The notes: generated by a model not told the origin, from the letters alone. 64,000 nucleotides of DNA from Lingula anatina (GCA_051362555.1 CM120642.1:21576001-21640000), one strand, 5' to 3'; shown: positions 24,831 to 39,092, numbered from the stretch's first letter. Numbers and translations: made by a program.

Positions 24831-27031
24831 TTTATGTACAGACACAGATGTGTCTGTACATATTGCCATCACCTGCGTCTGTCGTTTCCGTCGCCGTCGC
24901 CGGCGCCGTGCACTTTCCTTGTAAACACGATAAGTGGAGGGCAGTTTTACTTTTTGGCTGTATATTAACAGAGCTGATGAATATTCATAAAACGCAGGTC
25001 AAGTTCGAAAATCAGCATGATCGGGCCATTATTGTAGAAGTTATGCTGTTTTTTCACTTTTCAGCATATATATGCAACACTGTAAACACATTTCAAGGAA
25101 AACCGTTAGGCCTGTTGTCATGAAACTCATAGGAGTAATCAATCTTACTAAAACGCAGGTCAAATTCGAAAACCGGCATGATCGGGCCACTATTTTAGTA
25201 GTTATGCTGTTTTTTCATTTTTCAGCATATATGCAACACTGTAAACACAATATAAGAAAAACAGATAAGCCAATTGTCATTAAATTCACAGGAATGGTCA
25301 ATCTTACTAAAACGCAGGTTGAGTTTGAAAATGAGCATAATCGGGCCATTATTTTAGAAGTTATGCTGTTTTTTCACATTTCCTCAGATTTCCTCAGATT
25401 TAATTCTTAGGCATGTTAATAGCCTTATTATTTATGTAATAAGATACGTATAAGTGTTTGTTTGACATTTCTTGCATCTTTACAACATTGTTAGTTGATT
25501 ATGTAAAAATGATGGTAAACTTGTTATCATGTATTGTGTAATAAAGTGTCAAAAATGGAAATAAACTCATATCATTGCAGTTTGTCAGATTCAATCATTC
25601 ACTATGTTCAGAATCTCAGAATGGAAGAAATTGGACATTTAACACTGTTCTATTGATATTTTTCACATTTCATCAATTTTCTTAGTTGATCTTATAAAAA
25701 TGGCAGTAACCTATTAATTTTGTTTTATGTTAAAAAAGTGTTAAAAATGGAAATAAACCCATTTCAGAACAGTGCAGTCTTGTTTACATTTTGGCATTTT
25801 TAAGGTGTGACTTTGAAGTTCCATCGGCCTAAAAACCTTTGTTAGTCACGTTTACTATTTGTCCATGATACTAATATTTTATTATTAAAAATTGATGGTT
25901 ATTACAGTGTATGAAATGGCCGCCAGCCCGCCAGCCCTAGGCTGGTAACTTTCAGGCTGGGCGGGTAAGATTTACAAATTACCCGCCCGACGGGCTGGCT
26001 ATTTTTACAGCCTATTTTCACCTTTTATTTTGCCTATGTTCACAAGTGATTTCAGCAAAATATCAAATCAACTCACTGTTTTCACCCACTATCATTGAAG
26101 CAATCAAAGAACTATCGTATCGAAATGTAACCAACAGTCTCCCTCTCAGTGGCCTCGTTTTCAAAGTTCCGTCTGTGTGATATGAAGTTGAAAGACAATT
26201 TGAAATGAGGCACATTGTTCTTAACCAGCTTCAGTGCACAGCAGATAACGTTACGTCATTGTTTTGTGTAGAGGAGATACCGCGAGTAGCAATTTGTAGG
26301 TTGAGAGTAATAAAAATGTGAAAGTATAAAAATGATATCCTGTAAACACATTTCAAGGAAAACCGATGAGCTTTTTGTCATGAAACTCACAGGAGTAATC
26401 GATCTTACTGTAACGCATGTCAAGTTCGAAAATCGGCATGATCGGGCCACTATTTTAGTAGTTATGCTTTTTTTTTCACTTTTCAGCATATATGCAACAC
26501 TGTAAACACAATATAAGAAAAACAGATAGGCCAATTGTTATTAAACTCACAGGAGTGGTCATTCCTACTAAAACGCAGGTTGAGTTAAAAAATCAGCATA
26601 ATCGGGCCATTATTTTAAAGAAATGCAGTTTTTTCACATTTCCTCAGATTCAATTCTTAGGCATGTAAACAGTTTCATTATTGAACTAATAAGATATGTA
26701 AAAGTGTTTGTTTTGACCATTATGACCATTATGGGAAAACCATGTTACTTATGATTGCCAAACTTTCAAAAAAGAAATACAGGACTAAAATGCAGTCTGA
26801 GTTGGAAAAACAGTCTAAGTGACTTCTTTTTCTGGAAGTTATACATTTTCAAAGTGTAAACTTGTCACATATTTTAATTACATTGGTATTACCGTTGAGG
26901 ATAATTAAAATTTGATGTTGAATTTGCAGTTCAACATAATGTATTTTTGCATCAGAATTGACAGTAGTCTATTTTGTGCATAGTTATTTCCTGTTTTTTG
27001 TCTGTACATTTGACAGCTTTGCTGCCTTGTT
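24831..27031 (+). mobile_element. Helentron-type family 2, copy C (rearranged, contains foreign insert)
   Basis: 5' atgtacagacacagatgtgtctgtaca at 24834; 3' tgtctgtacatttgacagctttgctgccttgt ending ~27031. Confidence 0.8.
25905..26340 (+). mobile_element. Foreign fragment in copy C, resembling one end of a hAT-like DNA transposon
   Basis: Homology to copies A/B/D stops abruptly at cagtgtatgaaatggccgccagcccgccagcc (GC-rich sub-terminal repeats) and resumes at ~26340. Confidence 0.5.
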
Positions 27032-27040
27032 TTCATTAAA

Positions 27041-28740
27041 TTTTTTATGTACAGACACAGATGTGTCTGTACCTATAGCCATCATCTGCGTCTGTCGTCG
27101 CCGTCGTCGCCGTCGTCGCCGTGCACTTTTACCGATAACACGATAAGTGGAAAACCATTTTACCTTTTGACTTGAAACTTGCAGAACTGATGAATATTCA
27201 TAATACGTAGGTCAAGTTCGAAAATCAGCATGATCGGGTCACTTTTAGGGAATTTATGCTGTTTTTTCACTTTTTTCAGCATATATGCAGCACCGATAAC
27301 ACGATAAGTGGAAAACCATTTTACCTTTTGACTTGAAACTTACAGAACTGATGAATATTCATAATACGCAGGTCAAGTTCGAAAATCAGCATGATTGGGC
27401 CATTTTTAGGGAATTTATGCTGTTTTTTTACTATTTTCAATATAAATACAACACTGATAACACAATATAAGAAAAACGGATTGGCCAATTGTAATCATAC
27501 TCACAGGAGTGGTCAATCTTACTAAAACGCAGGTTGAGTTCGAAAATCAGCATAATCAGGCCATTATTTTAGAAGTTATACTGTTTTTCACATTTCCTCA
27601 GATTCAATTATTAGGCATGTTAACAGTCTCATTATTTAACTAATAAGATGCCTAAAAGTGTTTGTTTGATATTTCCTGCATCTTTACAACATTGTTAGTT
27701 GATTATGTAAAAAACATGGTAAACTTGTTATCATGTATTGTGTAATAAAGTGTCAAAAATGGAAATAAACTCATATCATTGCAGTTTGTCAGATTCAATC
27801 ATCCACTATGTTCAGAATCTCAGAATGGAGGAAATTGGACATTTAACACTGTTCTATTGATACTTTTCCCATCTCATCAATTTTCTTAGTTGGTCATATA
27901 AAATGGCAGTAAAATGTTTATTTTGTTTTATGTTAAAAAAGTGTTAAAAATGGAAATAAACCCATTTCAGAACAGTGCTGTTTTGTTTACATTTTGGCAT
28001 TTTCAAGGCGTGACTTTGAAGTTCCATGGGCCTGAAGACCTTTGCTAGTCACATTTTCTGAATATCTGTGAAACAAATATTTCATAATTAAAAATTGATG
28101 GTCATTAAGCTGTTAAACATTATGTAATATTGCATCAAAATTTGAAGAAACCCCTATTTTGGGCACTGCTTCCATGATGACCATTTAAGGAAAATCATGT
28201 CACTTACTGTTCTCAAACTTACAGGAAAGAAACATGGGACTAAAATACAGCTTCAGTAGGCAATGCAGTCTGTTTGGTATTTTTATTTATTTATTTATTT
28301 ATTTTGGCAGTTAAACAGTTTTTTGTGAAAATTTAATTTTTCACATATTGGCATTTTCAAGGTGTGACTTTAAAGTTCCATGATCTTGAAGAATTTTGCT
28401 TGTCACATTTTCTGAATGTCCATGTTACTAATATTTTATTAATAACAATTGATTGTCATTATGCTGTTAAACACTATGTAATGTTGCATCAAAATTTGAA
28501 GAAACCCCTATTTTGGGCACTGCTCCTATGATGACCATTTAAGGGAAATCATGTCACTTACTGTTCTCAAACTTACAGGAAAGAAACATGGGTCTAACAT
28601 ACAGCTTCAATAGGCAACGCAGTCTGTTTGGTAAATTTTTCTGGCAATTTAACAGTTTTTTGTGAAAATTTAATTTTTCACTTATTTGCATCTTTATTTT
28701 CTGTTCTTTGTCTGTACATTTGACAGCTTTGCTGCCTTGT
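27041..28740 (+). mobile_element. Helentron-type family 2, copy D (head-to-tail after copy C)
   Basis: 5' atgtacagacacagatgtgtctgtac at 27047; 3' tgtctgtacatttgacagctttgctgccttgt ending 28740. Confidence 0.8.
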
Positions 28741-30470
28741 CTTATTCTGGCATTTTCAAAGTGTGTACTTGAACTCTCAATAGTCTGAACCTTTTGGTTT
28801 TTTTACATTTTATTAAAATCAGTTTTATCTGTTGTGCATTTTTCAGGGAGTGGTTACAAGGCAGCAAGAGAACTGGTATAGACCTGTCATTCAGGATTAA
28901 TTAGTGATTCATGTCATCCAGTGATTCATGTCTAGATGTCTTACCAGTACACCTGTGGCAGAGCACCCCAGAATGGACCTTTTTCTGACAAAAAGGGCAG
29001 TTCTTTCGAACCACGAACCCCCCTGGCTACAGGCCTGCTACCTGACAGCAGCAGCCAGCAAACAAAGCCACGTGTTATCCTTTCCACCTTACTTAACTGC
29101 AAGTAATCCGTCAATAGAGAGTGCAGTGAAAATATTACAAATGGTTTAAAATTAACATTTAATATGTAGTATGCATTTTCAACTGAGAACAAGATTATTA
29201 AAGGCATTTCTTCATCTGAATCATAAATGGTACCAGACAGTACCAGAAGCGATATACTGTTTATACTATACTGTCAATATTCCTGTTTATATTCCTCCAA
29301 TGAAATGTAGATTATGTATTTGTAAAAAACACATCAACTTATTAGCTCTTGGTAGTTTTCATGCAGCTTGGTTTTGGTTGAAATAAAAATTTTCCTCGTG
29401 TACTCTTAAATATGAATCTGCACTTAAGTGTAATACTGAGTGATCCTGATGACAACAGTGTACAGCTCTTCATATCTTTTGTGATATGTGGGCAATTTGC
29501 CTCTATGACATATACTAGTATATATATGAACAATGAACAGTGCACTTAATAATGTGATGCTCATATAGACCAATATATATCTTGATCATAAAGTTTGTTC
29601 ATTGTTAACATTGCATAATTTAGTCTTTTACATAGCCTTTTTCTGTTTTTTTTTTTGTTTTTTTTGCTTGCAGTAATGAATAAACCTAGAATAGTTATCA
29701 TTGAAAGGAACATGTTGATGGTTGTTTTCTTTGTCATTTCCTGGGTAAAGTATGAAATGGCAGTTTGCACTATTTAACACACATTGGTACTGTAGTGAAG
29801 ATGTAGATGGCATCCTATTCAAATTGATTATTTTTTATACCACTTGGGTACAGTCTTCTGTTGAGCATTTTTGTAATTCGAGTGTTTAGAAACACTTCTG
29901 TGGATTTTTAGTTTATTTCTCTTTAACAATCTCCAAACAGTGAAGGGAAACATGGAAGGAAGCAATTATTGCAAGTATATTTTGTTTGAAATGAAATGCA
30001 GTTTTAGTATAGCCCGGGAGCCACTGGCTCATATGACAGTTACTTAGGAATATATTAGATTTGGCCTTGTTTTCAAAAAGAAAGCGGATAGCTCTAAGAA
30101 AAAATGGTGGGAGAAGAAGGCATTGAGACAGGTAAGATGTACATATGTTTATACGATGACCAGTTGATTTATATACTAATAAATTCAAAAAGACGATACA
30201 GCATATGCTTCAGTTACATCTTATACCCCAAAAGAATGTTCGTGTATCAATTTCACTGAGTATTTTCTGAAGTTACATTCGTCTTCCAAAATAGCCGCAC
30301 ACAAAGCGGCATTGTAACTGTGTTTTTGAATTGTGCCAAATGTAGATGGACTTTTTCCTTTGTCTGTTCAGGTTTTTCCATAGTTTGACATTCATTTTTG
30401 AACATATAAAATTTTTGAGCACTGACCAAACCTGTAACTTGGTGGTTTTCGATATTTCCAACGAGGTTTA

Positions 30471-33400
30471 TATACTGACAGTCGATGAAAACGCATCAGA
30501 AAACTTTCTTGTACTTTTGTACTCTTGTACTTTTACCTAGAATTGATTCCAACCATATAAACGAGTACAGTATAAACGAGTATTTGGTCAAAAGAGAGTG
30601 AGCTGACGACTCGGATGTTTAAAATTTCCACTTTATTGATTTTGTGGTCAGCTGTTACAAAATTATGTTTTTTTCTGTTTCGTGATTGGTGTGAATTAAT
30701 CGGGTTCAATATCACTTACGAAAATTTCCTATAGGATCCTATAGGAAATTGTCCCTTTTTCCTATAGGATCCTATAGGAAATCTTATAGGATCCTATAGG
30801 AAGTCTTATAGGCTCCTATTGGAAATCCTATAGGAAATCTTATAGGATCCTATAGGAAATCTTATAGGAACCTATAGAAATTCATGATAACTGCTTTGAA
30901 TATTTTTACAGCTTTTTATATATTGTTGGATCTTTGGCAAAATTGGTAATAGGCACTGGTCCCTCAAAACAAAAGAGAATATCATGTTTACATACTTTAT
31001 TCAATATGTATAAATGTATGTACATATTCCACAGAATGGTATGCAACCAGCTTACTAGAGAATTGTTTTATAGATTTTTGCCAATTTAATGGTGTTGCTA
31101 CTGCTTTTTAATTATAAGTTCTATAAGTTATCACAAGTATCCAATATGTCTTGTCAAGCTGTGGCGTCACTGGCTTTTTCTTGTGTGAGTTCCAACTCCT
31201 GCCAGAATGAGTGGCTAAAACCTCCCTTGGCCAGACCGTGTCCAGCATACTGCTTTAGTCACTTAATAATTGAAGAATTTCAGACAAAAGTCTTTTGCAC
31301 ATTGTTCAACTTTACTGTGATAAGTCTTTTGCACATTGTTCAACTTTACTGTGATGGCCTTCTTAACCTCCGGCTGAGTTGTGTTGAACCATTTGCAGAT
31401 GTATTCTGAAAGATAGATATTGTGAATTTCAATTAATTGTACATGTCTACAAAAATGCAAAATGATGAAGGAAAAATTTTCTAATGAGATCAATAATAAT
31501 CATTGCACCAATTCTATTTTGAGCAATTCATAGCCTTTAATTGTTAACTGAATTTTTTTCAAAGACAAGGTATTTAAGCTGGATAATTTGTAAAAAAAAT
31601 ATATAAAGAACATGAACATATTTCATAGGACCAAGTCCACAGGAACAATCAGAAATGAATTTTAAAATGCAGAAATTTGCAGTGGAGAAAACTCTACTCT
31701 GGTTAAATATGCAATTGGGCCATTACAGAGCTGCCAGGGCCAAAAAAGTCCCAAAAAGTATAAGAAAACTCATTTCCGAGGGTAAACAGTAATTCCCTAT
31801 TCTCACCAGTCTTTTCTTGACCTAAATCATCAGTCCAAACCACAAAAAAACAATCCCCAAGTTAAAATTTATAGCTTTTGTGTAAGCAAAATGGTCAGAT
31901 TTTCACAATGCACATTTCATTTCCATTATGTATAGGTTGGCAAAAAATATTTTTAAACAAACTATGGTGTTTACCTCACATTAAGGGTTGAAAAGAAATT
32001 AAAGGGAAAGAAAACTTGGCAAATAATTGCACTTTCACTTTTTAAAACAGCCAAGGTCATGCAAGTAAAATCCGATTAGATAAGGTTGACGTTCAATATA
32101 ATAGAAGAAATATGAAGTAAGTGAATATGATCACACAAAAAGTAAAAATACATTATATACTGATATTAAGACCAGTTTCATTATTTTTCATTCAACCCAG
32201 CTTTATAAAAAAATCACTATATGAATTAGCATAGGATTTCCTATAGGTTCCTATAGAAATTCCTATAAGATTTCCTATAGGATCCTATAGGAATTTTTGT
32301 AATGGTCTGGAAATATATTAAAAATTATATACTAATATTTAGACCAGTTTCATTATTTTTCATATAACCTGGCCTTAAAAAATTCCCTGTATGAATTAGC
32401 ATAGGATTTCCTATACGTTCCTATAGAAATTCCTATTAGATTTCCTATAGGAATTTTTGTAATGTTCTGAACATATATTAAACATCAAAATCATATACTG
32501 ATATTTAAACCAGATTCATTATTTTTTCATTCAACCCGCCCTTATAAAAATTCCTGTATGAATTAGCATAGGATTTCCTATAGGATTCTATAGGAATTTT
32601 TGTAATATTCTGAACATAAATTAAAAATCAAAATCATATACTGATATTTAAACCAGATTCATTATTTTTCATTCAACCCGGCTTATAAAAATTCCTTATA
32701 TGAATTAGCATAGGGTTTCCTATAGGTTCCAATAGAAATTCCTATAAGATTCCCTATAGGTTCCTATAGAAATTCCTATAAGATTTCCTATAGGATCCTA
32801 TAGGAATTTTTGTAATGGTCTGAACATAAATTAAAAATTAAAATTATATACTGATATTTAGACCAGATTCATTATTTTTCATTCAGCCCGGCCTTATAAA
32901 AATTTCCTGTATGAATAAGCATAGGATTTCCTATAGAAATTCCTATAAGATTTCCTATAGGATCCTATAGGAATTTTTGTAATGGTCTGAACATAAATTT
33001 TAAAAAATAATTTCAGCTTCAATGATTTGGTACAAAAACATTCCTAATGATAAAATATTTCCCCATAAAAGATTACTTTACAAATGATCAATTTTTCAAG
33101 ATTTCTTTAAAATAGAATCCTATAGAAGACTATAAGATTGTGCATTATAAACAATAAAAAGCATTTTTGCTTTAACAGTGATATATAATTGACAATTCCA
33201 CTGATAAAATTGACCTATATCAAATATCCTATAGGAAATTTTCGTAAGGGATATGGTGATTAATTAAGCCTATTTAAGGTAGTCACCAAATCCAGTATGA
33301 CTCATGACAAAAAAGTAATGTGATGCCAAGTCTGACACTGGAAGAGCGACTGGGGATGCTGGAGGCTGGGCGGAACCAAAGAGATTTGATCACGTGACCT

Positions 33401-33553
33401 TGCATTTTAATGATCTTTTCTGATCTTTATTTCACCTTGTGTGACTGAATAATGGGTCATATTTCACACGAAAACTTATTTTCTTAATGTGCCAAAAGAA
33501 CTTAAAATACTATTCGAAAAATAAATGATGCGTTTTCATTGACTATCAATATA
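30471..33553 (+). mobile_element. Internally deleted Tc1-like element split by a younger insertion
   Basis: TIRs tatactgacagtcgatgaaaacgcatca (30471-30498) and tgatgcgttttcattgactatcaatata (33526-33553), 3 mismatches, TA ends. Relic N-terminus MPSLTLEERLGMLEAGRNQR from ATG 33323. Confidence 0.72.
30713..33250. mobile_element. 2.5-kb non-autonomous TIR transposon, CMC/EnSpm-like, with cctatagg palindrome arrays
   Basis: TIRs cacttacgaaaatttcctataggat and atcctataggaaattttcgtaaggg, flanked by atat on both sides. Dense cctatagg repeats at 30726-30880 and tandem blocks at 32220-33000. Confidence 0.82.
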
Positions 33554-33955
33554 TTTAGCGTATACGTAATCAATCTTCTCTTTTTTTTTTTTTTTTTTTT
33601 TTTGAGTGCTAGAGTATCTGCTGGATGTGGCAACAAAACTGTGGTTCTTTAGTTAGGAGAACAGATTCTAATGCTTTTGAGAATACGGCATCGTACATTA
33701 CATGTATGCATTGTTTTTTTTTTGCCATAACTTTATTTTTGTCTTGCAAGTTGACTGCTATATATGCTCTCTTTCTCTCTCATCACACGCAAACTCACAC
33801 ACACACACACACACACCTGCGTACACATTGCTTATTAGTTTGTGAAAGAAAATTGTTTCATGATATAAAAACCTGATATATGTAAAACTATTCCTTTGTT
33901 TTAGGTTAGAAATGTTGTGTATTTTGTGAAACAAAATGTACCAGTACAATAATTA

Positions 33956-34170
33956 GGCTCTATTCCCATAGATTTTAGATCGATCTATCCCCGCAGGGAG
34001 TCTCACTAGATTACTTTCTGATAATCCGACTTAAATGTCCGTCCCGCCTACTACAAGCTGTAAGGGGATAATTAATTTTCGTGTCCGCCTGGCTGACAGC
34101 TATTTAGCTTGAACCCCCAAGGAGTTAGGTCGATCTAAAGTAGGTCGATCTAATCTATGGAAATGGGGTG
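33956..34170. mobile_element. MITE, PIF/Harbinger-like
   Basis: Imperfect TIRs ggctctattcccatagatt and aatctatggaaatggggtg; tta on both flanks. Confidence 0.6.
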
Positions 34171-37100
34171 TTAGTGTGGTAGTTGTGAACACTGTAGTTT
34201 GTAGACATGTACCCCAGTTTGTATTTTCTACCAGCTTTATTACCAAGATAGTGGTTTATTATTTATATTGATTTTAGTGTGCGTGTTGTTGTGTGTGTGG
34301 AAAGATATTTGCAGTTAGAAAAGTGTTTTTATGTTACTTTTTAATTTGATATTTTTCTAGGCTTGAAGAACATGAATGGGACCAGGATTAATCATTTTGC
34401 CATTCCTTGGCCTGCAATTATTATGACAGAAGCACCTATCATTTCCAAATGCTGTGTAGCATTGAGCACCGTCACAATCTCTGACATTCTTTTAAGAGAT
34501 GGAAAATATTTTTGTGCTGTGCTAGCTGATGCTAATAATAATAATATTTATTAATCATCAGTATAACTAGTTAGTCATATTATTTTACGGGTAGGTTTGA
34601 ACCATGCACCAAAAGTAGGGTATATTAAGTTTAATGTGCAAGCTTTTGCATACATGACGTGGCTTGTAGACAAAAATTATTCTCATAGGCCTAAAAACAA
34701 AAGTTATCTCAAATGCAAATATGGATTGGTACAGGAATAACTTGGTGTCGGTGAGAAAAGAACTGCTGACCTTGGGTAAATTTATAAAATATTATTTGTT
34801 AAAATTGGTCCTGTTTTTAAAAGTGGGTGGTGTGTTTGTTGGCTAACTGTATATGTACTGATCTAGATGTGTAAAATAAATCGCCATATCAGTGTTGCGA
34901 AAATAAAAAAAACTCTTTTTGCCACAAATCTGCATGTATATTTGCAAAGCTTTAATCCCTGTTGGCTGTCACAATATTGATACTTTGTTGACTCATATGT
35001 AAAAAATTTATAAATTGAGTTAATTGATAAAAAGTACTCATTTGTTTTTTATTTGTCTTTTCATAAAAAGAAACTTATCAATCCGCGTCGTGTAATAGAT
35101 AAATGCTTATTTACAAAGAGAAAAAATGAGATAATTATATTTTCATTTTTCCCATTCTTCCTGTGCAAGTTTTGTTTCTCAATATAGACAATATTGTGCG
35201 AAGAATAATCCAAAACGAAGCTAGATTAGAATGTACTAAGTCAAAACGAGGCTGGCACGAGGATATTGCAAGTACGACTTTTTTCTGCATACTCTGCTGT
35301 GAATTGATTTGTGCCAATGCTGGATGAAGGTAAAGTTCCTTACATGTTTACATTGACATGAAGCTGAATAAATTTGCCACAACTTGCTGTAATTTAAAAT
35401 TCCGACCTGTTCTCTAAGAATGCAAGCACTGGAGATAAAGTTAAATTTCCGTACATAACGAAACTCTTATACCCTTAATAGCCGAGATATTCCACCTTTT
35501 CTAACATCCTATAAATAAAAAAAAAATTCCCATTTCAAAAATCTATAACTTCCGGGTTTTTTTTAAACCACCTAGCGGCAGACCGGTGGGTCCCGGGCTG
35601 GTAATGTTTTTTATAAAAATTTTTAATGGCATACTTTTCTTAGCTTCAGAACATTTCAAGTATAAATGCTTCTGACACTACAATAGGCCTATTAATTCAA
35701 TAATACTTATTTTTGAAGTGTATTTTTTCATTGCCAACAAATTACATTAGGCCCTACATGTTTTTAAACAGCTGCACTGGCTTTAAGTTAGAGCACGGGT
35801 CTTACTTTAAATTTAAGCTATTGTTCATACAATATTTTACCAGTCACCCAGTCCTTACTGTACTAAGTCCAAAAGTATATTCTAAATGGTAACTTAAGAT
35901 AATTTAATAAATAACTTCTTACACCATGTAAATAACCGAATTTGTCTTGAAATAATAGCAAAAAATACATCTTTTCTGTCAATATTGTTCTAACTCCCGG
36001 TTTTTATTATCAGTTCTTGGTTTGTCATTCTTAATTTGCAGAGTATAATTTATCTTGATCTCCCAGTGTTAGTGTGTGTGTGTGTCGTCCAAATTCACAA
36101 TATATTTAAAGAATATTAAAAAAAAAATATTTCGTTGTAGTTTTCCTTATATCTGATCAACAGTGTATTGTATATAAAATGCAAAAAAGGGTACACAGTA
36201 AAAAACGCGTTCTGGGAAGGGCAGAGAAATATGGGGAAAAAGAGGATCTTAATAAGTATTTTCCGTTTATACAGTCCATAAAAGTGTCTTATTTTTCTTC
36301 CAGTAGGCGTTTATATGTGTACCACAGGCGGTACAAATAACCGCCAACCTGCGCATAGTTACTGTAGGCCTACTCCCGCTCCACCAAGCATTTTCTTCAG
36401 CTAGCCTTTTTTTCAAAAACCATATCGGTCAAAAAACATTTTATTTGTGATGAGACAAAAAAAACTGAAGCAACTCTGCTTGTACCTATGTAAATTGTAT
36501 CGAATTCCGGGCTGTTGTGCAAATGGACCAAATTTATCCAGAGTGGACATTTTCCCAGCAAACAGAGTTATTTCGAACAGCTCGACCCACCCACCCCACC
36601 CACCCAACTTGGCTACGAACCCGATTATGGGTACTGATACCTAAAATCGTTGAGATTCGGATTTTGTCTTCGGAAAGTGGAACATTAAGTGACACCGTTT
36701 CAAAATAATCGTTATCTTATTCATTTATCTTTTCATCACCATCACTGGAGGATCCAGTTAAGGTGCAAATAACCTGACGTGTTAGCCTCTCTTCCTTTCT
36801 TTTCCTCTGGATTTTCCTGTAGTCCGTCCCCAAGAAGAATACCACAGGCGTCACAAATAACCTGGCAGCTAGTGTACATGTATATGTAGGCCTTGATCAG
36901 CTTCAGTGATTTCAGCCATCGCCCCTGTGGATATCCAAGCGCATTTTGGTTTTTGTCGCGAGTACCAAAGATGAAATAAACAGTGTAATAACATAGGGAA
37001 ATTTGTTCTCAACCACAACATTTTCTTATGCGTCAGGAGAGCGCTGGAGAACAAAGTGCTGCACATAGCTGTCACAAGGAGGGACTCTAGTCAAATGTTG

Positions 37101-37285
37101 CATTTTCTTAAATTAAAAGAAACATCTTCTTGGAAAAACAAAGAATATTTTTTAAGATTTGGCATTAACTCATTGCATTTAGACCCCCTACAAAGAAAAT
37201 GCCGAACTTTCTCCATTCTTAGTTCACACAGCTGTACTCGCCTAGTGAAGAAATGGCACATTAAAGATGAACAATTATGTACCTC

Positions 37286-37440
37286 ACGTGGAGAAGGCCG
37301 TAGAGAGGGGCAAGGACGTGGAGAAGGCCGTGGGGAGGGGCTGGGACGCGGAGAAGGCTGCGGGGAGGGGCAGGGACCTAAAGATAGCCGGGGGGGGGGG
37401 GGGGCAGGGACCTGGAGAAGGCCACGGGGAGGGGCGGGGT
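37286..37440. repeat. G-rich 30-bp minisatellite, 3-4 copies
   Basis: acgtggagaaggccgt... at 37286, 37316 and 37346. Confidence 0.75.
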
Positions 37441-37451
37441 GGGGTCAATAC

Positions 37452-37619
37452 CAGGAGCGGATCCAGAGCTATTTTCTGACAGTCTTCCAAATTATCTTTA
37501 TTGATCTATCTTCCAATTTTGACCGTCTTCCAACAGAAAAAAAAAGATACCTTTTAATGTAAACTTGAAAATCTGACCGTCTTCTGGAAGACCCAGAAGA
37601 CGGCCTAAATCCGCCCCTG
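37452..37619. mobile_element. MITE with CAGG termini and 5-bp TSD
   Basis: caggagcggatccag and cctaaatccgcccctg; aatac on both flanks. Confidence 0.75.
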
Positions 37620-37825
37620 AATACACACTCTACACATCAGAACTTGACTTTTTAATGATGGCAATGGGTCAGTCTTGGCTGTTTACATGTTTCTCAGACA
37701 ATCCCTTCAAGACATCCCCCACTCCGAACAATTCCCCCAAGACACCCCCACCTTCTCAGCAAAAACACTCTGGTTTTGAATTATCTATATCATACATCTG
37801 TTCCATTAAAACATTTCTTGTTTAC

Positions 37826-38125
37826 CCACCTCTGCCTGAAGACAGAATTTTATTAAAAACAGGCATTTATAATTTTTCTCAATATGACATTTTCACTCTC
37901 ATTATTATATTATTACAGGGGGAATGTCCGGGAGGGGGGGGGTCCTGATTACCTGGATAGATTTTTGAGCTCTAAGATTATCTAAAGACGAGGATGAATA
38001 AGAACATTTGAAGCTTTTTTTCAAATAATACGTCCATGAAATTTTTGGGAAGACAAGGATTAAGAAATTTTAGTTGACTTATCAACTCATCATTTATGGC
38101 AGCAGTTTCAATAAAATTTTTGTAC
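37826..38125. repeat. About 300-bp dispersed direct duplicate of ~43905-44205
   Basis: Shared cctctgcctg..ggcatttataatttttctcaatat..tacctggatagat..gttgacttatcaactc..tatggcagcagtttcaataaaa. Confidence 0.8.
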
Positions 38126-38931
38126 AGCGTATGTGCAAATGAAGCGTTACGCGTGTTTCGACAGTGATTTCCTTGGTAGATACACAGCGTGGTGAGCTGC
38201 CGAGTTCTATTAGTCTGTGGTTGGGACAAGTTGAAGGCAGAATCCATGGACATGATCCCAGAGCTGTGGTTATCTGTCGCTGGGATCGTGAACTAAACGT
38301 TATCTGAAACAAACATGGAAACAAAACTTGAAATTCTGCTGATACACACCATTATTCAATCTTGCAGTTTCGGACAAAGTTCACAATTTCACACCTGTTT
38401 TAATCCAGACACGAGGTCTATTTTTTGAGAAAAGAACACCAAACAATTTATAAATATACATACAAATGAACAATCTGTTTTAATAAGGGTAATGTGCCAT
38501 TAGTCTGCGGTGTTTCGCTTCTGATGCTGTCTCAACCATGATTGTGACGGACTCCACAAATATCACCCCATTGTGTTAGTGAAGGCTGAACGTAAGGCGA
38601 GAAGTGGGGGGTACCTCCCTCTTGTGGTGTACGGCAGATAGCATGTGCGTGCATTTCAATGATTGGAGTGTTTGAAGGGGAATGTGGTGGAGTGGGGGGG
38701 GGGGGTGGATAACGGGGATGGATGTAGGAGAGAGGAAGGGAGACATACAAAAAGGTCAGTTCGTTACAACAGTCGACCTACCTCACGGGGAACAGATATC
38801 CTCAAGCTGTCCCCGACAGCACGTTGAGTCTAAGAGATTTCTGGAAACTCACCTCAGCACACCTGTGGAGCGGTGTAAGTTGTAGAACCAGTACATGTAG
38901 TAGTTGTAGTACAGTGCAGTAGGACTATATG

Positions 38932-39008
38932 ATGTAGTAGTAGTAGTAGTAGTAGTACACCATGTAGTAGTAGTAGCAGTAGTAGTAGTTGTAGTTGTAG
39001 TTGTAGTA
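38932..39008. repeat. (TAG)n/(TTGTAG)n microsatellite
   Basis: Read directly from the sequence. Confidence 0.9.
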
Positions 39009-39092
39009 TAGAAGACAATGATAATAATTACTGACAAAGGCTGTATATCAGTAATACTCACAAACACGTGGCTGTGAATACAATACAGTTAA

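Noticed and set aside
28928-29149. 73-aa ORF as a transposase fragment or exon
   Set aside because: Only a vague motif resemblance and no supporting neighbouring exons.
37056-37562. 168-aa Gly/Arg-rich ORF
   Set aside because: Runs through a 30-bp minisatellite, a G-run and a MITE.
38849-39067. Thr-rich mucin-like exon on minus strand
   Set aside because: Explained by the (TAG)n microsatellite; no convincing acceptor or frame continuity.
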